In this document: positions 32,701 through 43,620 of the stretch, one piece after another
How the letters are laid out: each line of letters opens with the position of its first letter
Position numbering within the stretch: the first letter of the stretch is position 1
From: TPA_inf: Saccharomyces
Lineage: Eukaryota
DNA: 64,000 nucleotides
Reading direction: 5' to 3'
NCBI GenBank assembly: GCA_000146045.2
Contig: BK006948.2
Location: 896,001 to 960,000 of the forward strand
Program-made: the position numbers and the translations under genes
Notes under the pieces: generated by a model
Database searches by the model: none
Told to the model about the DNA's origin: nothing
What the model saw: the letters and a program-made list of their open reading frames with translations, nothing else

Positions 32701-34445
32701 TAGATATTGATAATCAGAAATCTAAGGATATGGAATTACAAAAAACTATTGAGAACAATTTGCAATCCACTGAACAAACTCTAAAGGACGCTCAATTAGA
32801 GTTGGAGGACATGGTTAAACAACATGATGAATTGAAAGAAGAATCTAAAAAGCAACTTGAAGAATTAGAGCAAACAAAGAAAACATTGGTTGAATACCAG
32901 ACATTAAACGGAGACTTGCAAAACGAAGTTAAATCTTTAAAGGAAGAAATTGCTAGGTTACAAACTGCCATGTCGCTGGGCACCGTTACTACTAGTGTAC
33001 TACCTCAAACACCATTAAAGGATGTAATGGGAGGCGGTGCTTCAAATTTCAACAATATGATGCTTGAGAATTCCGACTTATCTCCTAATGATTTGAATCT
33101 AAAGTCTAGATCTACTCCATCGTCCGGAAACAACCACATTGATTCATTGAGTGTCGATCGCGAAAATGGTGTCAATGCTACACAAATCAATGAAGAGTTA
33201 TACAGGTTATTGGAGGACACTGAAATTTTGAATCAAGAAATCACGGAAGGCCTGTTAAAGGGATTCGAAGTACCGGATGCTGGTGTAGCTATTCAACTAA
33301 GTAAAAGAGACGTTGTTTATCCGGCTAGAATACTGATTATAGTTTTAAGTGAAATGTGGAGATTTGGGCTGACCAAGCAAAGTGAAAGCTTTCTTGCCCA
33401 AGTATTGACTACAATTCAAAAAGTTGTCACTCAATTGAAGGGTAACGATTTAATTCCAAGCGGTGTATTCTGGTTAGCAAACGTTAGAGAGTTATACTCA
33501 TTTGTGGTGTTTGCTCTAAACTCTATTTTAACCGAAGAAACGTTCAAAAACGGCATGACCGATGAGGAGTATAAGGAGTATGTTTCATTGGTCACAGAAC
33601 TAAAGGATGATTTCGAAGCTCTAAGTTATAATATATATAACATTTGGCTGAAGAAATTGCAGAAGCAATTGCAAAAAAAGGCCATCAATGCTGTGGTCAT
33701 CTCCGAATCATTACCAGGTTTCAGCGCGGGAGAAACCAGCGGGTTTTTGAACAAAATTTTTGCTAACACTGAAGAATATACAATGGACGACATTTTGACC
33801 TTTTTCAACAGCATATACTGGTGCATGAAATCTTTTCATATTGAGAATGAAGTGTTCCATGCTGTAGTCACAACCTTATTGAATTATGTGGATGCAATTT
33901 GTTTTAACGAATTAATCATGAAACGTAATTTCTTGTCGTGGAAAAGGGGTCTTCAATTGAACTACAACGTTACTAGATTAGAGGAATGGTGCAAGACGCA
34001 TGGCTTGACAGATGGTACTGAGTGCTTACAACATTTGATTCAGACCGCTAAGCTACTGCAAGTCCGTAAGTATACTATCGAAGACATTGATATCTTAAGA
34101 GGAATTTGTTATTCGCTAACACCTGCACAATTGCAAAAATTGATTTCACAATACCAGGTGGCAGACTATGAGTCTCCAATTCCACAGGAAATCTTAAGAT
34201 ACGTTGCTGATATAGTTAAGAAAGAAGCTGCGTTATCTTCATCAGGTAATGATTCTAAGGGTCACGAGCATAGCAGCAGTATATTTATCACTCCAGAAAC
34301 AGGTCCATTTACTGACCCATTCAGTTTGATAAAGACAAGAAAATTTGACCAAGTAGAAGCCTATATACCAGCGTGGTTATCCTTGCCCTCAACTAAGAGA
34401 ATAGTTGACCTTGTTGCCCAACAAGTCGTTCAAGACGGCCACTAA
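29721..34445 (+). CDS. MYO2: Class V myosin heavy chain
   Basis: 1574-aa ORF with a myosin motor (P-loop GESGAGKT), a six-IQ-motif neck, coiled coil and a C-terminal DIL cargo-binding domain. Recognised as Myo2 (YOR326W). Confidence 0.95.
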   Translation: MSFEVGTRCWYPHKELGWIGAEVIKNEFNDGKYHLELQLEDDEIVSVDTKDLNNDKDQSLPLLRNPPILEATEDLTSLSYLNEPAVLHAIKQRYSQLNIYTYSGIVLIATNPFDRVDQLYTQDMIQAYAGKRRGELEPHLFAIAEEAYRLMKNDKQNQTIVVSGESGAGKTVSAKYIMRYFASVEEENSATVQHQVEMSETEQKILATNPIMEAFGNAKTTRNDNSSRFGKYLEILFDKDTSIIGARIRTYLLERSRLVYQPPIERNYHIFYQLMAGLPAQTKEELHLTDASDYFYMNQGGDTKINGIDDAKEYKITVDALTLVGITKETQHQIFKILAALLHIGNIEIKKTRNDASLSADEPNLKLACELLGIDAYNFAKWVTKKQIITRSEKIVSNLNYSQALVAKDSVAKFIYSALFDWLVENINTVLCNPAVNDQISSFIGVLDIYGFEHFEKNSFEQFCINYANEKLQQEFNQHVFKLEQEEYVKEEIEWSFIEFNDNQPCIDLIENKLGILSLLDEESRLPAGSDESWTQKLYQTLDKSPTNKVFSKPRFGQTKFIVSHYALDVAYDVEGFIEKNRDTVSDGHLEVLKASTNETLINILEGLEKAAKKLEEAKKLELEQAGSKKPGPIRTVNRKPTLGSMFKQSLIELMNTINSTNVHYIRCIKPNADKEAWQFDNLMVLSQLRACGVLETIRISCAGFPSRWTFEEFVLRYYILIPHEQWDLIFKKKETTEEDIISVVKMILDATVKDKSKYQIGNTKIFFKAGMLAYLEKLRSNKMHNSIVMIQKKIRAKYYRKQYLQISQAIKYLQNNIKGFIIRQRVNDEMKVNCATLLQAAYRGHSIRANVFSVLRTITNLQKKIRKELKQRQLKQEHEYNAAVTIQSKVRTFEPRSRFLRTKKDTVVVQSLIRRRAAQRKLKQLKADAKSVNHLKEVSYKLENKVIELTQNLASKVKENKEMTERIKELQVQVEESAKLQETLENMKKEHLIDIDNQKSKDMELQKTIENNLQSTEQTLKDAQLELEDMVKQHDELKEESKKQLEELEQTKKTLVEYQTLNGDLQNEVKSLKEEIARLQTAMSLGTVTTSVLPQTPLKDVMGGGASNFNNMMLENSDLSPNDLNLKSRSTPSSGNNHIDSLSVDRENGVNATQINEELYRLLEDTEILNQEITEGLLKGFEVPDAGVAIQLSKRDVVYPARILIIVLSEMWRFGLTKQSESFLAQVLTTIQKVVTQLKGNDLIPSGVFWLANVRELYSFVVFALNSILTEETFKNGMTDEEYKEYVSLVTELKDDFEALSYNIYNIWLKKLQKQLQKKAINAVVISESLPGFSAGETSGFLNKIFANTEEYTMDDILTFFNSIYWCMKSFHIENEVFHAVVTTLLNYVDAICFNELIMKRNFLSWKRGLQLNYNVTRLEEWCKTHGLTDGTECLQHLIQTAKLLQVRKYTIEDIDILRGICYSLTPAQLQKLISQYQVADYESPIPQEILRYVADIVKKEAALSSSGNDSKGHEHSSSIFITPETGPFTDPFSLIKTRKFDQVEAYIPAWLSLPSTKRIVDLVAQQVVQDGH

Positions 34446-34733
34446 AACTGATGGCGCGAGAAACAAAATTGTACATGAATGCTAAAAAAAGAAATGACAA
34501 AAAAAGAGAAAAAAAAAAATGAAACTACATAGTTAATTAATAATAGAAGTATTTGTCAATAGTATGATAATGAAATCGATATTATGGAAGATATTAACCG
34601 CGCGCCGTATTAGTGTACACTATATTAAACTACATTTTGCTTCTTACTGAATTTATAAATTATGATTATATTATTATTACTATTATGACTACTGTATATA
34701 TTTTTTAGAATTAGCATCGGGAACCGATGAGCG

Positions 34734-35081
34734 TTAGCTGAAATGGACGACGATAGGAACGATAATTACCACTAGTAAAATAATAACAACTAAGAATAAA
34801 CACATTCTCATTTTTAGATCTTTCCACCACATTTGCTTTCTGACCCTGTTGGCGCCTCTCTTGAATCCTTGTGCGGAGATAGCCAAGTTATCAGCTTTGT
34901 CCTCAATGGATGTTAGCCTTTCACCACGTTCAGCAACCTTGTTGATATTATCTCTCATTATTCCCACCGTGTCATCAATCTCTTGTCTCAAAGCAGCAGT
35001 CTTGTTTTGGGAATTTGGGTTTGCGCCTGAGTTACTCTCCTCTGGAGGCACATATGGATCGTATGGCACTGATGACGACAT
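34734..35081 (-). CDS. SNC2: Exocytic v-SNARE (synaptobrevin homolog)
   Basis: 115-aa ORF with an R-SNARE motif and a C-terminal TM. Recognised as Snc2 (YOR327C). Confidence 0.9.
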   Translation of the reverse strand: MSSSVPYDPYVPPEESNSGANPNSQNKTAALRQEIDDTVGIMRDNINKVAERGERLTSIEDKADNLAISAQGFKRGANRVRKQMWWKDLKMRMCLFLVVIILLVVIIVPIVVHFS

Positions 35082-35395
35082 CGTTGCGCGTTCTTATTTT
35101 GTATTTGGAAGTGTTTCGAATGTATGCCTGACTTACAGATACTATTCACTGAGCAGATAGTTTACCTTTCTATAAAATATTAAAGGCTGTTTCAACCAAA
35201 ACTTGAAGGAAAACTAACTGGCTCCCCGCTTTTGCATCTTTTGGGTGCGACAACTGGTGTTTGTTTGGTTGCGCTGCACCATTCGCGCTATAATGCCAAA
35301 ATCCGAAGAATTTTGAGCCACTTTTGCGGAAGACAGGGAGAAAAAATAAAAAAAAAGTCACGCGTATATCATGTGACCAAGATCACTATAAACGC

Positions 35396-35403
35396 TCCGT
35401 GGA
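35396..35403 (+). promoter_or_regulatory. Pdr1/Pdr3 response element variant (TCCGTGGA) in the PDR10 promoter
   Basis: Read directly, about 400 bp upstream of the PDR10 ATG. TCCGTGGA is a described functional PDRE variant of TCCGCGGA. Confidence 0.55.
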
Positions 35404-35464
35404 ATGCGCTTTTAGGGCGACTGAATGATTCCATGGTCATTGTTACAGCCGCCCGTGGCTTTGT

Positions 35465-35472
35465 TCCACGGA
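35465..35472 (-). promoter_or_regulatory. Second PDRE variant (TCCGTGGA, opposite strand)
   Basis: Plus-strand tccacgga is the reverse complement of TCCGTGGA. It forms an inverted pair with the site at 35396-35403, about 60 bp away. Confidence 0.55.
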
Positions 35473-35802
35473 CTGATAAAGGGATACGCTAAGACCAGAA
35501 AAACCCTTAATATTCAATATAGTACAGTACTACTACAGAATTGGTCGGCATATTTTTATTTTGTTCGTATTAATAATACACCTGCTGTCATCAGTACCAA
35601 TAATTTGATAGGTTTTCCCCACATAGTGCGCCTTATGTAAGTATATAAGGAAGGACGGTTGGGCAAGCATCTTACTTTCTTATCTCTCCCCGTGACAGAA
35701 CCATAGAAGATATCTAGCGTTATTATATTTCTATACTTAGTAAACGTTTCCGGTATAGTAGAAAAATCAAACAATAATTTCTGGTCTTACATAGTTGTTA
35801 GG

Positions 35803-38800
35803 ATGTTGCAAGCGCCCTCAAGTTCAAACTCGGGTTTGAATCAAGGAAATGCTGCGCCGGACGGCCCACCTAACGAAACACAGCCGTACGAAGGCCTCGA
35901 CGCGGCAGCTCAAGAAGAAATAAAAGAATTGGCAAGAACGCTGACGAGCCAATCTTCCCTTTTATCGCAAGAAAAGCGTATTACCGGCACTGGCGACCCG
36001 AATACACTAACTGCTGCTTCTTCATCGTCATTGAGCCGGTCAATTTTCGCTAGTGATATCAAGGGAGTTAACCCAATCCTTTTGGACGTCAATGATCCAG
36101 ACTACGATGAGACATTGGATCCTCGATCAGAAAATTTCTCGAGTGTCAGATGGGTACGAAATATGGCACAAATATGCGAGAATGATTCGGATTTCTATAA
36201 ACCGTTTTCATTAGGTTGCGCCTGGAAAGATTTGAGTGCCTCCGGTGATTCTGCCGATATAACATATCAGGGAACATTTGGTAATATGCCCATCAAATAC
36301 TTGAAAATGAGTTGGAGGTGCATATCCCGACGTCTTTTCCACCGGACACATGGCAAGAGTGAAGATAATGACTCCGGTTTCCAAATTTTGAAGCCGATGG
36401 ACGGATGCATCAATCCGGGGGAACTACTTGTTGTGCTTGGACGACCCGGTGCAGGATGTACTACGCTGCTGAAATCTATATCTGTAAATACACACGGATT
36501 CAAGATTTCTCCGGACACAATCATCACGTACAATGGATTCTCCAACAAAGAGATCAAAAACCATTACCGTGGTGAAGTGGTCTACAATGCAGAATCAGAC
36601 ATTCACATCCCGCACTTGACAGTATTCCAAACTTTATACACAGTGGCAAGACTGAAGACACCAAGGAACCGAATCAAGGGTGTCGATAGGGACACATTTG
36701 CCAAACACATGACTGAAGTGGCAATGGCAACTTACGGACTGAGCCACACTGCAGATACAAAAGTGGGTAATGATTTTGTTCGTGGTGTATCCGGGGGAGA
36801 AAGGAAAAGAGTTTCCATTGCTGAAGTGTCTATATGTGGCTCGAAGTTTCAGTGCTGGGATAATGCCACGAGGGGCTTAGATTCTGCTACCGCGCTGGAG
36901 TTCATCAAGGCCTTGAAAACGCAAGCCACTATCACAAAGTCTGCAGCCACTGTGGCCATTTACCAATGTTCTAAAGATGCCTATGATTTGTTCGATAAAG
37001 TCTGTGTTCTTTACGATGGTTACCAAATCTTCTTTGGCCCAAGTAAGCAGGCCAAAAAGTACTTTCAAAGAATGGGATATGTGTGTCCCGAAAGGCAGAC
37101 CACAGCAGATTATTTGACCTCTATTACTAGTCCTTCTGAAAGAATTAAGGACAAAGACATGGTCAAACATGGAATTATGATCCCACAAACGGCCTATGAA
37201 ATGAACCAGTACTGGATTCAATCAGAGGAATACAAACAATTACAGGTGCAGGTGAACAAACATTTAGATACAGACTCTTCCCAGCAAAGAGAACAAATAA
37301 AAAATGCACATATTGCCAAACAATCTAAGAGAGCACGGCCCTCCTCTCCTTATACAGTAAGTTTCTTTTTGCAAGTTAAGTATATTCTAATCAGGGATAT
37401 ATGGAGGATTAAGAATGACCCAAGTATTCAACTTTTCACGGTTTTGAGTCATGCAGCAATGGCTCTTATCTTGGGATCAATGTTTTATGAAGTCATGCTT
37501 TCCACTACCACAACAACCTTTTATTACCGAGGCGCGGCTATTTTTTTTGCTATTCTGTTCAATGCGTTCTCATCACTTTTAGAGATCTTTTCACTCTATG
37601 AGACGAGGCCCATTACCGAAAAGCACAAGACTTACTCGTTATATCGCCCAAGTGCTGATGCCTTCGCCTCTACATTTTCTGATGTTCCAACAAAATTAGC
37701 CACGGCAGTAACTTTCAACATACCATATTATTTTTTAATCAATCTAAAAAGAGATGCCGGTGCTTTTTTCTTTTACTTTTTAATAAACATTATAACAGTT
37801 TTTGCTATGTCGCATTTGTTCAGATGCATTGGCTCAGTGTCGAAAACTTTACCTCAGGCAATGGTTCCCGCATCTGTTCTTCTGTTAGCTTTTGCAATGT
37901 ACACTGGGTTTGCCATCCCAAGAGTCCAAATGCTTGGCTGGTCAAAATGGATTTCTTATATCAACCCATTGTCTTACCTTTTTGAATCGCTAATGATTAA
38001 CGAATTTCATGGTAGAAATTTCCCATGTGCTCAGTATATACCTAGTGGGCCAAATTATGTCAACGCAACAGGTGACGAAGTCACCTGCTCCGCCCTCGGT
38101 TCTATCCCAGGAAATAATTATGTAAGTGGTGATGATTTCATTCAAACGAACTACGGCTATCGACATAAGAACAAATGGCGGTCTGTTGGTATTGGTTTAG
38201 CATACATTATTTTTTTCTTATTTCTGTATTTATTCTTTTGTGAATACAATGAAGGAGCAAAGCAAAATGGTGAGATGTTAGTATTTCCCCATAGTGTGGT
38301 TAAAAAGATGAAGAAGAAGGGTATTGTCTCTGAGAAGAAAAAGAAAAACCAACCAACGTTGTCAACATCTGATGCTGAGAAAGATGTAGAGATGAACAAC
38401 AATTCAAGTGCGACTGATTCAAGATTTTTACGCGATTCTGATGCAGCTATAATGGGTAACGATAAAACTGTCGCCAAGGAGCATTATTCATCTCCTTCAT
38501 CTTCTGCGTCTCAAAGCAATAGTTTTAGTAAAAGTGATGACATTGAATTGTCCAAATCACAAGCGATTTTTCATTGGAAAAACTTATGCTACGATATCCC
38601 GATTAAGAATGGGAAGAGGAGAATTTTGGATAATGTTGATGGTTGGGTCAAGCCTGGTACACTAACTGCCTTGATTGGCGCATCTGGTGCAGGAAAAACA
38701 ACGTTATTAGATTGTCTTGCCGAGAGAACCACGATGGGTTTAATCACTGGTGATGTATTCGTAGATGGTAGACCGCGGGACCAGTCTTTCCCCAGATCAA

Positions 38801-40497
38801 TTGGTTATTGTCAGCAGCAGGATTTGCATTTGAAAACCGCAACTGTGAGAGAGTCATTAAGGTTTTCCGCGTACCTGCGTCAAGCCGATGATGTATCCAT
38901 CGAGGAGAAAGATAAATACGTTGAAGAAGTCATTGAGGTATTGGAGATGAAACTTTATGCTGATGCCATAGTAGGCGTTCCTGGTGAAGGTTTAAATGTG
39001 GAACAAAGAAAAAGGTTAACCATAGGTGTGGAGTTAGCTGCCAAACCAAAACTGTTGGTATTTTTAGATGAGCCCACGTCTGGGCTTGATTCCCAAACTG
39101 CATGGTCAACTTGTCAATTAATGAAGAAATTGGCTAGTCGCGGACAAGCAATTTTATGTACCATTCATCAACCTTCTGCTCTCTTAATGCAAGAGTTTGA
39201 TAGGTTACTATTTTTGCAAGAGGGCGGACAAACTGTATATTTTGGAGAGCTAGGGAAAGGTTGCAAAACAATGATTAACTATTTCGAAGCTCATGGTGCC
39301 CATAAATGCCCACCAGATGCCAATCCAGCCGAATGGATGTTAGAAATAGTAGGTGCTGCACCAGGAACTCACGCTAGTCAAGATTATTTTGCCATTTGGA
39401 GAGATTCTGAAGAATATAGGGAAATGCAGAAAGAGTTGGACTGGATGGAACGAGAATTGCCTAAACGGACGGAAGGTTCGTCAAATGAGGAGCAGAAGGA
39501 GTTCGCTACGTCAACTTTGTACCAGATCAAATTGGTGAGTTATCGATTATTCCATCAATATTGGAGAACACCATTTTACTTATGGTCAAAATTTTTTTCA
39601 ACAATTGTGTCTGAACTCTTCATAGGCTTCACTTTTTTCAAGGCGAATACATCATTACAGGGCCTACAGAATCAAATGCTGGCCATTTTTATGTTTACAG
39701 TGGTATTCAACCCAATATTGCAACAATATTTACCACTTTTCGTTCAGCAGAGGGAACTTTATGAAGCTAGAGAAAGGCCATCAAGAACCTTTTCGTGGAA
39801 AGCATTTATTGTATCGCAGATTCTCGTGGAAATCCCTTGGAATTTACTGGCCGGTACTATAGCTTTTTTCGTCTATTATTATCCTGTTGGATTTTACAGA
39901 AATGCTTCTTATGCAAATCAACTTCATGAACGAGGAGCTTTATTTTGGTTATTTGCGTGCGCGTTTTACGTCTACATCAGTTCAATGGGGGTATTAGTGA
40001 TTTCATGCATTGAAATTGCAGAAAATGCTGCGAATCTCGCTTCACTTTTCTTTATAATGTCATTATCTTTCTGCGGTGTTCTGGCTACGCCAAATATTCT
40101 ACCAAGATTCTGGATTTTTATGTATAGAGTATCGCCACTGACATACCTCATTGATGCTCTGCTATCGGTAGGACTGGCCAATGCTAGTGTCGTTTGTTCC
40201 AGCAACGAACTTTTAAAAATTGTTCCTCCAAGCGGTATGACATGCTCGGAATATATGGAACCTTATATGCAATCCACCGGGACGGGTTATCTGCTCGATG
40301 GGAGTTCCGAAACTGAATGTCACTTTTGTCAATTCAGTTCTACCAATGATTATCTGGCGACTGTGAGTTCTTCGTATTCACGTAGATGGATGAACTATGG
40401 CATTTTTAGTGCATATATTGTCTTTGACTATTGTGCAGCAATATTTTTATACTGGCTGGTGCGGGTTCCAAAGAAAAGCAAAAAATTAAAGAAATAA
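35803..40497 (+). CDS. PDR10: PDR-subfamily ABC transporter (NBD-TMD)2
   Basis: 1564-aa ORF with two Walker A motifs (GRPGAGCTT; GASGAGKTT) and two ABC signatures (VSGGERKRVSIA; LNVEQRKRLTIG). Recognised as Pdr10 (YOR328W). Confidence 0.93.
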   Translation: MLQAPSSSNSGLNQGNAAPDGPPNETQPYEGLDAAAQEEIKELARTLTSQSSLLSQEKRITGTGDPNTLTAASSSSLSRSIFASDIKGVNPILLDVNDPDYDETLDPRSENFSSVRWVRNMAQICENDSDFYKPFSLGCAWKDLSASGDSADITYQGTFGNMPIKYLKMSWRCISRRLFHRTHGKSEDNDSGFQILKPMDGCINPGELLVVLGRPGAGCTTLLKSISVNTHGFKISPDTIITYNGFSNKEIKNHYRGEVVYNAESDIHIPHLTVFQTLYTVARLKTPRNRIKGVDRDTFAKHMTEVAMATYGLSHTADTKVGNDFVRGVSGGERKRVSIAEVSICGSKFQCWDNATRGLDSATALEFIKALKTQATITKSAATVAIYQCSKDAYDLFDKVCVLYDGYQIFFGPSKQAKKYFQRMGYVCPERQTTADYLTSITSPSERIKDKDMVKHGIMIPQTAYEMNQYWIQSEEYKQLQVQVNKHLDTDSSQQREQIKNAHIAKQSKRARPSSPYTVSFFLQVKYILIRDIWRIKNDPSIQLFTVLSHAAMALILGSMFYEVMLSTTTTTFYYRGAAIFFAILFNAFSSLLEIFSLYETRPITEKHKTYSLYRPSADAFASTFSDVPTKLATAVTFNIPYYFLINLKRDAGAFFFYFLINIITVFAMSHLFRCIGSVSKTLPQAMVPASVLLLAFAMYTGFAIPRVQMLGWSKWISYINPLSYLFESLMINEFHGRNFPCAQYIPSGPNYVNATGDEVTCSALGSIPGNNYVSGDDFIQTNYGYRHKNKWRSVGIGLAYIIFFLFLYLFFCEYNEGAKQNGEMLVFPHSVVKKMKKKGIVSEKKKKNQPTLSTSDAEKDVEMNNNSSATDSRFLRDSDAAIMGNDKTVAKEHYSSPSSSASQSNSFSKSDDIELSKSQAIFHWKNLCYDIPIKNGKRRILDNVDGWVKPGTLTALIGASGAGKTTLLDCLAERTTMGLITGDVFVDGRPRDQSFPRSIGYCQQQDLHLKTATVRESLRFSAYLRQADDVSIEEKDKYVEEVIEVLEMKLYADAIVGVPGEGLNVEQRKRLTIGVELAAKPKLLVFLDEPTSGLDSQTAWSTCQLMKKLASRGQAILCTIHQPSALLMQEFDRLLFLQEGGQTVYFGELGKGCKTMINYFEAHGAHKCPPDANPAEWMLEIVGAAPGTHASQDYFAIWRDSEEYREMQKELDWMERELPKRTEGSSNEEQKEFATSTLYQIKLVSYRLFHQYWRTPFYLWSKFFSTIVSELFIGFTFFKANTSLQGLQNQMLAIFMFTVVFNPILQQYLPLFVQQRELYEARERPSRTFSWKAFIVSQILVEIPWNLLAGTIAFFVYYYPVGFYRNASYANQLHERGALFWLFACAFYVYISSMGVLVISCIEIAENAANLASLFFIMSLSFCGVLATPNILPRFWIFMYRVSPLTYLIDALLSVGLANASVVCSSNELLKIVPPSGMTCSEYMEPYMQSTGTGYLLDGSSETECHFCQFSSTNDYLATVSSSYSRRWMNYGIFSAYIVFDYCAAIFLYWLVRVPKKSKKLKK

Positions 40498-40730
40498 TTA
40501 AATATTACTGGCTACATTCATTGTATATGCAAAATTAGTTAACTATTGTTCAGAGGTTTACGCCATGTTGCTAAATGTTTGGTGAAACTAAAAGACTAGC
40601 TCAATAATCAAGACAATAAATAATGCTAGTAAACAGGTGTTCATAAATTACATCACTTTTGTGACTTTATGTACACATATACCTACATATATTATCTTTC
40701 AAAACTATACACCTCGTTTAGCTTACGATA

Positions 40731-43349
40731 CTATGGTCTCCTATTATATTGGATTTGTAAAGCATCGACTTGCTGCTGCAATGACTGCAAGTTACCCAAA
40801 ATATCGCTTGAATTGGATCTATTAACATCTGCAGTGAATGGAAATTGCTGCTGCTGTTGCTGTTGCTGTTGATGAACTTGCTGCCCTAGCATTCCGTAAT
40901 TAGGCTTGTTAGGTTGGCTATGTATATCACTGTTGTTTAAGTGAAGTTGCCCCGGATGTTGTTGCATTTGAGAAAGTTGGCCACCATATATTCGTTGTTG
41001 AGTTTGTTGTTGTTGTTGCTGCTGAATATACGTCTGATGAGATTGAGTATTGTTCATTGCCGCACTAGTATTTTGGAATGAACTTATGCCATTACTGGCG
41101 TTATTGCCATTAACAGTAGACGCATTTGATGGCGTAGGATTTGGAGATGGTGAAGAAGAAAGTAAAGATTGAAAGTAACTATTAGCAGCATTCTGAGGTG
41201 ACAAAAAATTTGGAGATTGTATGCTTGGTGAATTTGTATAGGAGGGTTGGGTCGGCACCAAATTATTCTGCTTTTGCACGTTAGAGTACATATGTTGAGG
41301 TGGCACAATGGCCCCTTGTTGCTGCTGCTGAGCGCGTGGAGGTGGAGGAGGTGGAAGATGTTGGGGCTGCTGTTGATTATTAGTATACGTATTCTGGGGG
41401 GATATCATTGTTGCTTGATTATTGGAATAAGTATGTTGCGGAGAAAGAATGGGCTGATTTTGAGTGAAGGTATTTTGTGGAGATATCAATTGCGACCGTT
41501 GGTGCTGCGGGATCGTATTTTGAGGAGAAAGCAAATGCGATTGCTGATGTTGAGGAAGAGTGTTTTGAGGGGGGAATGCACCAGTTATTTCTACTTTCGG
41601 CATGGATACGATGTTACCATTATTAATCCGAACATTGTTAGAGTAGGTGTGTTGAGGCGATATGTTAGATGGTTCAATTTTCGCTTGAGTCGGATTAACC
41701 TCTTGGTAAGGTTGCTGTTGATTGCTTTGAGGAAGAGTAATGTTCGGAGAATTCAGAAATGCTGGTCCTGTACTTTGTGGAGATGAAGATTGGTTCGTAA
41801 ATTGCGCCTGAAACATCGAAGATACTGGGTTATTAACTGAAGGTGAGATATGCTGTTTCATCAAGTAATTTGCAGAACCTGTGGCGGTAGGTTTCAAAGG
41901 TTGAAGTCCCCCAGAGTTTGTAACTGTTTCTGGTGTACTCGAAGGTTTGATAGACTGAGGTTGTTCCATATGACTTCGCATCAAATAATTTGCAGAGCCC
42001 GTTGCTGTTGGTTTTAAAGGTTGTAAACCTGTTTGGATGGCACCGTTGCTTGGATGCAACCCCTGATTATATTCTTCTCGCACCAGGTGATTAGCTGAAC
42101 CTGTGGCGGTTGGCTTCAAAGGTTCTAACGGAAGTTGCTGTGGAACAGTGGTGTTATTCACATTGCTAGTTGGTAGAGTATTGCCATTCTGTAAAAATAC
42201 CGATGAAATTGGCAATGAGGCAGAATCAACAGTCTGTATTTGTTTGAAATGGGACAAGGAATCCTTCATATCCTCCAAAACTTTCTTCTCCTCCTCAGTT
42301 TCTTGTTGTTCGCTGGGCAAACTCGAAACTAATCCGCTGTTTTTTCTCCGCTTATATAGCCTCTTTAATAATTGATCCATGGGCAATGTGAAATCCAAAG
42401 GACTGTCATTATTAGAATCCTGATCTTCATCTTCTGCATCAGGATCTTGCTTTCTTGCTTCACTATTATTAGATGATTCTTGATTGAGGTTTGGAGGGTC
42501 TTGAAATGTTATATGCTCTGAAAACCTAACCTTCTTACTCTTAAAATTCAAATTTTTGATTCTTCTCCTGACTCTTTTTCTCGTTGTCTTACCAGTCAAC
42601 AGCAATGAAGCAAATGAGTCAAAATCGACCTTTTGATCACCAGTTTTGGCAGAACTATCATCGTCTTCCACCTCCTCGTACACCTCTTCGTGATTCTCAC
42701 TACTTAGGATAGGACGTGGTTTGGGAACAGGTGCCTTTTCCAAGATCATGCGTCTTAGAGGTAAGATGCCATATATAATAGCTCTAGAAACTAATCTTAA
42801 AACAGCGAAAAATTGACCAATATTTAACGCATTTTTACAGCTACGGAAAATTTCCACAATTCTATCTTTTACTTTTTGTGATAAATTAAAATTGGTCAAG
42901 AACCTAAACACGTCGTTCAATCTTACTAGTTTTCCATGGGTTCTCAAACATATATAGTGGTACCATCTTAGATATGTCCTTATTTCTTCATGGGTAAGTT
43001 GGTTTTGTGATAAAGACAATGGGACTTGCATGTCTTCTGGTGACTCCGCGTACACATCGCCTCCAGAAAGTGTTCGTACCTCCCCATTAGGTGGATTATC
43101 CTTTTGAGGAGAGCTCACGTTAGTGGCATTATCAGCTGCTGTATTTGAGTGATTATTTCTGTAAGACAAAGTTGTATCACTGTGACTTCTTGATCCCTGA
43201 TCCCAAAAGCTGGAATCATGTGGAGCAGCAGTATTTATACCAAAATCAAAAGACACACTGGGTGGTCCTAATCCATTCGATGGCCTCTTTTCTGCTTGGT
43301 CCCCGCTGCTTAAGTCCAATCCCGGAACATTAAGCCAATCAAACGACAT
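40731..43349 (-). CDS. SCD5: Cortical actin/endocytosis regulator, PP1 (Glc7) targeting subunit
   Basis: 872-aa ORF recognised as Scd5 (YOR329C). It contains 3 x 20-aa repeats ([16 protein letters not shown]...), a run of about nine 12-aa repeats ([L/I]SPQNT...Q...) and a C-terminal poly-Q. Confidence 0.88.
41330..42130. repeat. SCD5: Coding tandem repeats inside SCD5 (about 36-nt units at 41330-41760; about 120-nt-spaced units at 41860-42130)
   Basis: DNA-level periodicity is read directly. It generates a long spurious opposite-strand ORF (41247..41786 plus). Confidence 0.8.
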
Positions 43350-43620
43350 GTTTCGTTACCATGTAAAATTTATCGAGCCTGCAATGATCTATAAAATCTT
43401 AGCTAACGAGAAGATGCAGATAATTTGGGTTTTGAATTCCTATTTTGAATTCTACCTTTTGTTTTGTCCCCGTTTCCTAATGTTAACTCTTTTTCTAATA
43501 GGGGCAACTTACTTTTGTTTTCTCATTTGGCGAAAAAAAGTAAGTAGAAATAAATAAAAAAATAATATTATAATGTGCTGTATATATAAATACAAATGCG
43601 AAAGCTAATGCAGATTTTGC

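Noticed and set aside
34734-35081. Possible intron in SNC2, by analogy with its paralog SNC1
   Set aside because: The 115-aa ORF is complete and contiguous (MSSSVPYDP...VVHFS). No GTATGT/TACTAAC signals interrupt it, so no intron is needed.
35082-35802. Looked for a canonical TCCGCGGA PDRE in the PDR10 promoter
   Set aside because: No perfect copy was found. Only the TCCGTGGA variants are reported above. ttgcggaag at about 35322 is too degenerate.
41247-41786. 179-aa plus-strand ORF inside SCD5
   Set aside because: It is generated by the SCD5 tandem repeat read antisense. Its R/L-rich composition gives it away.
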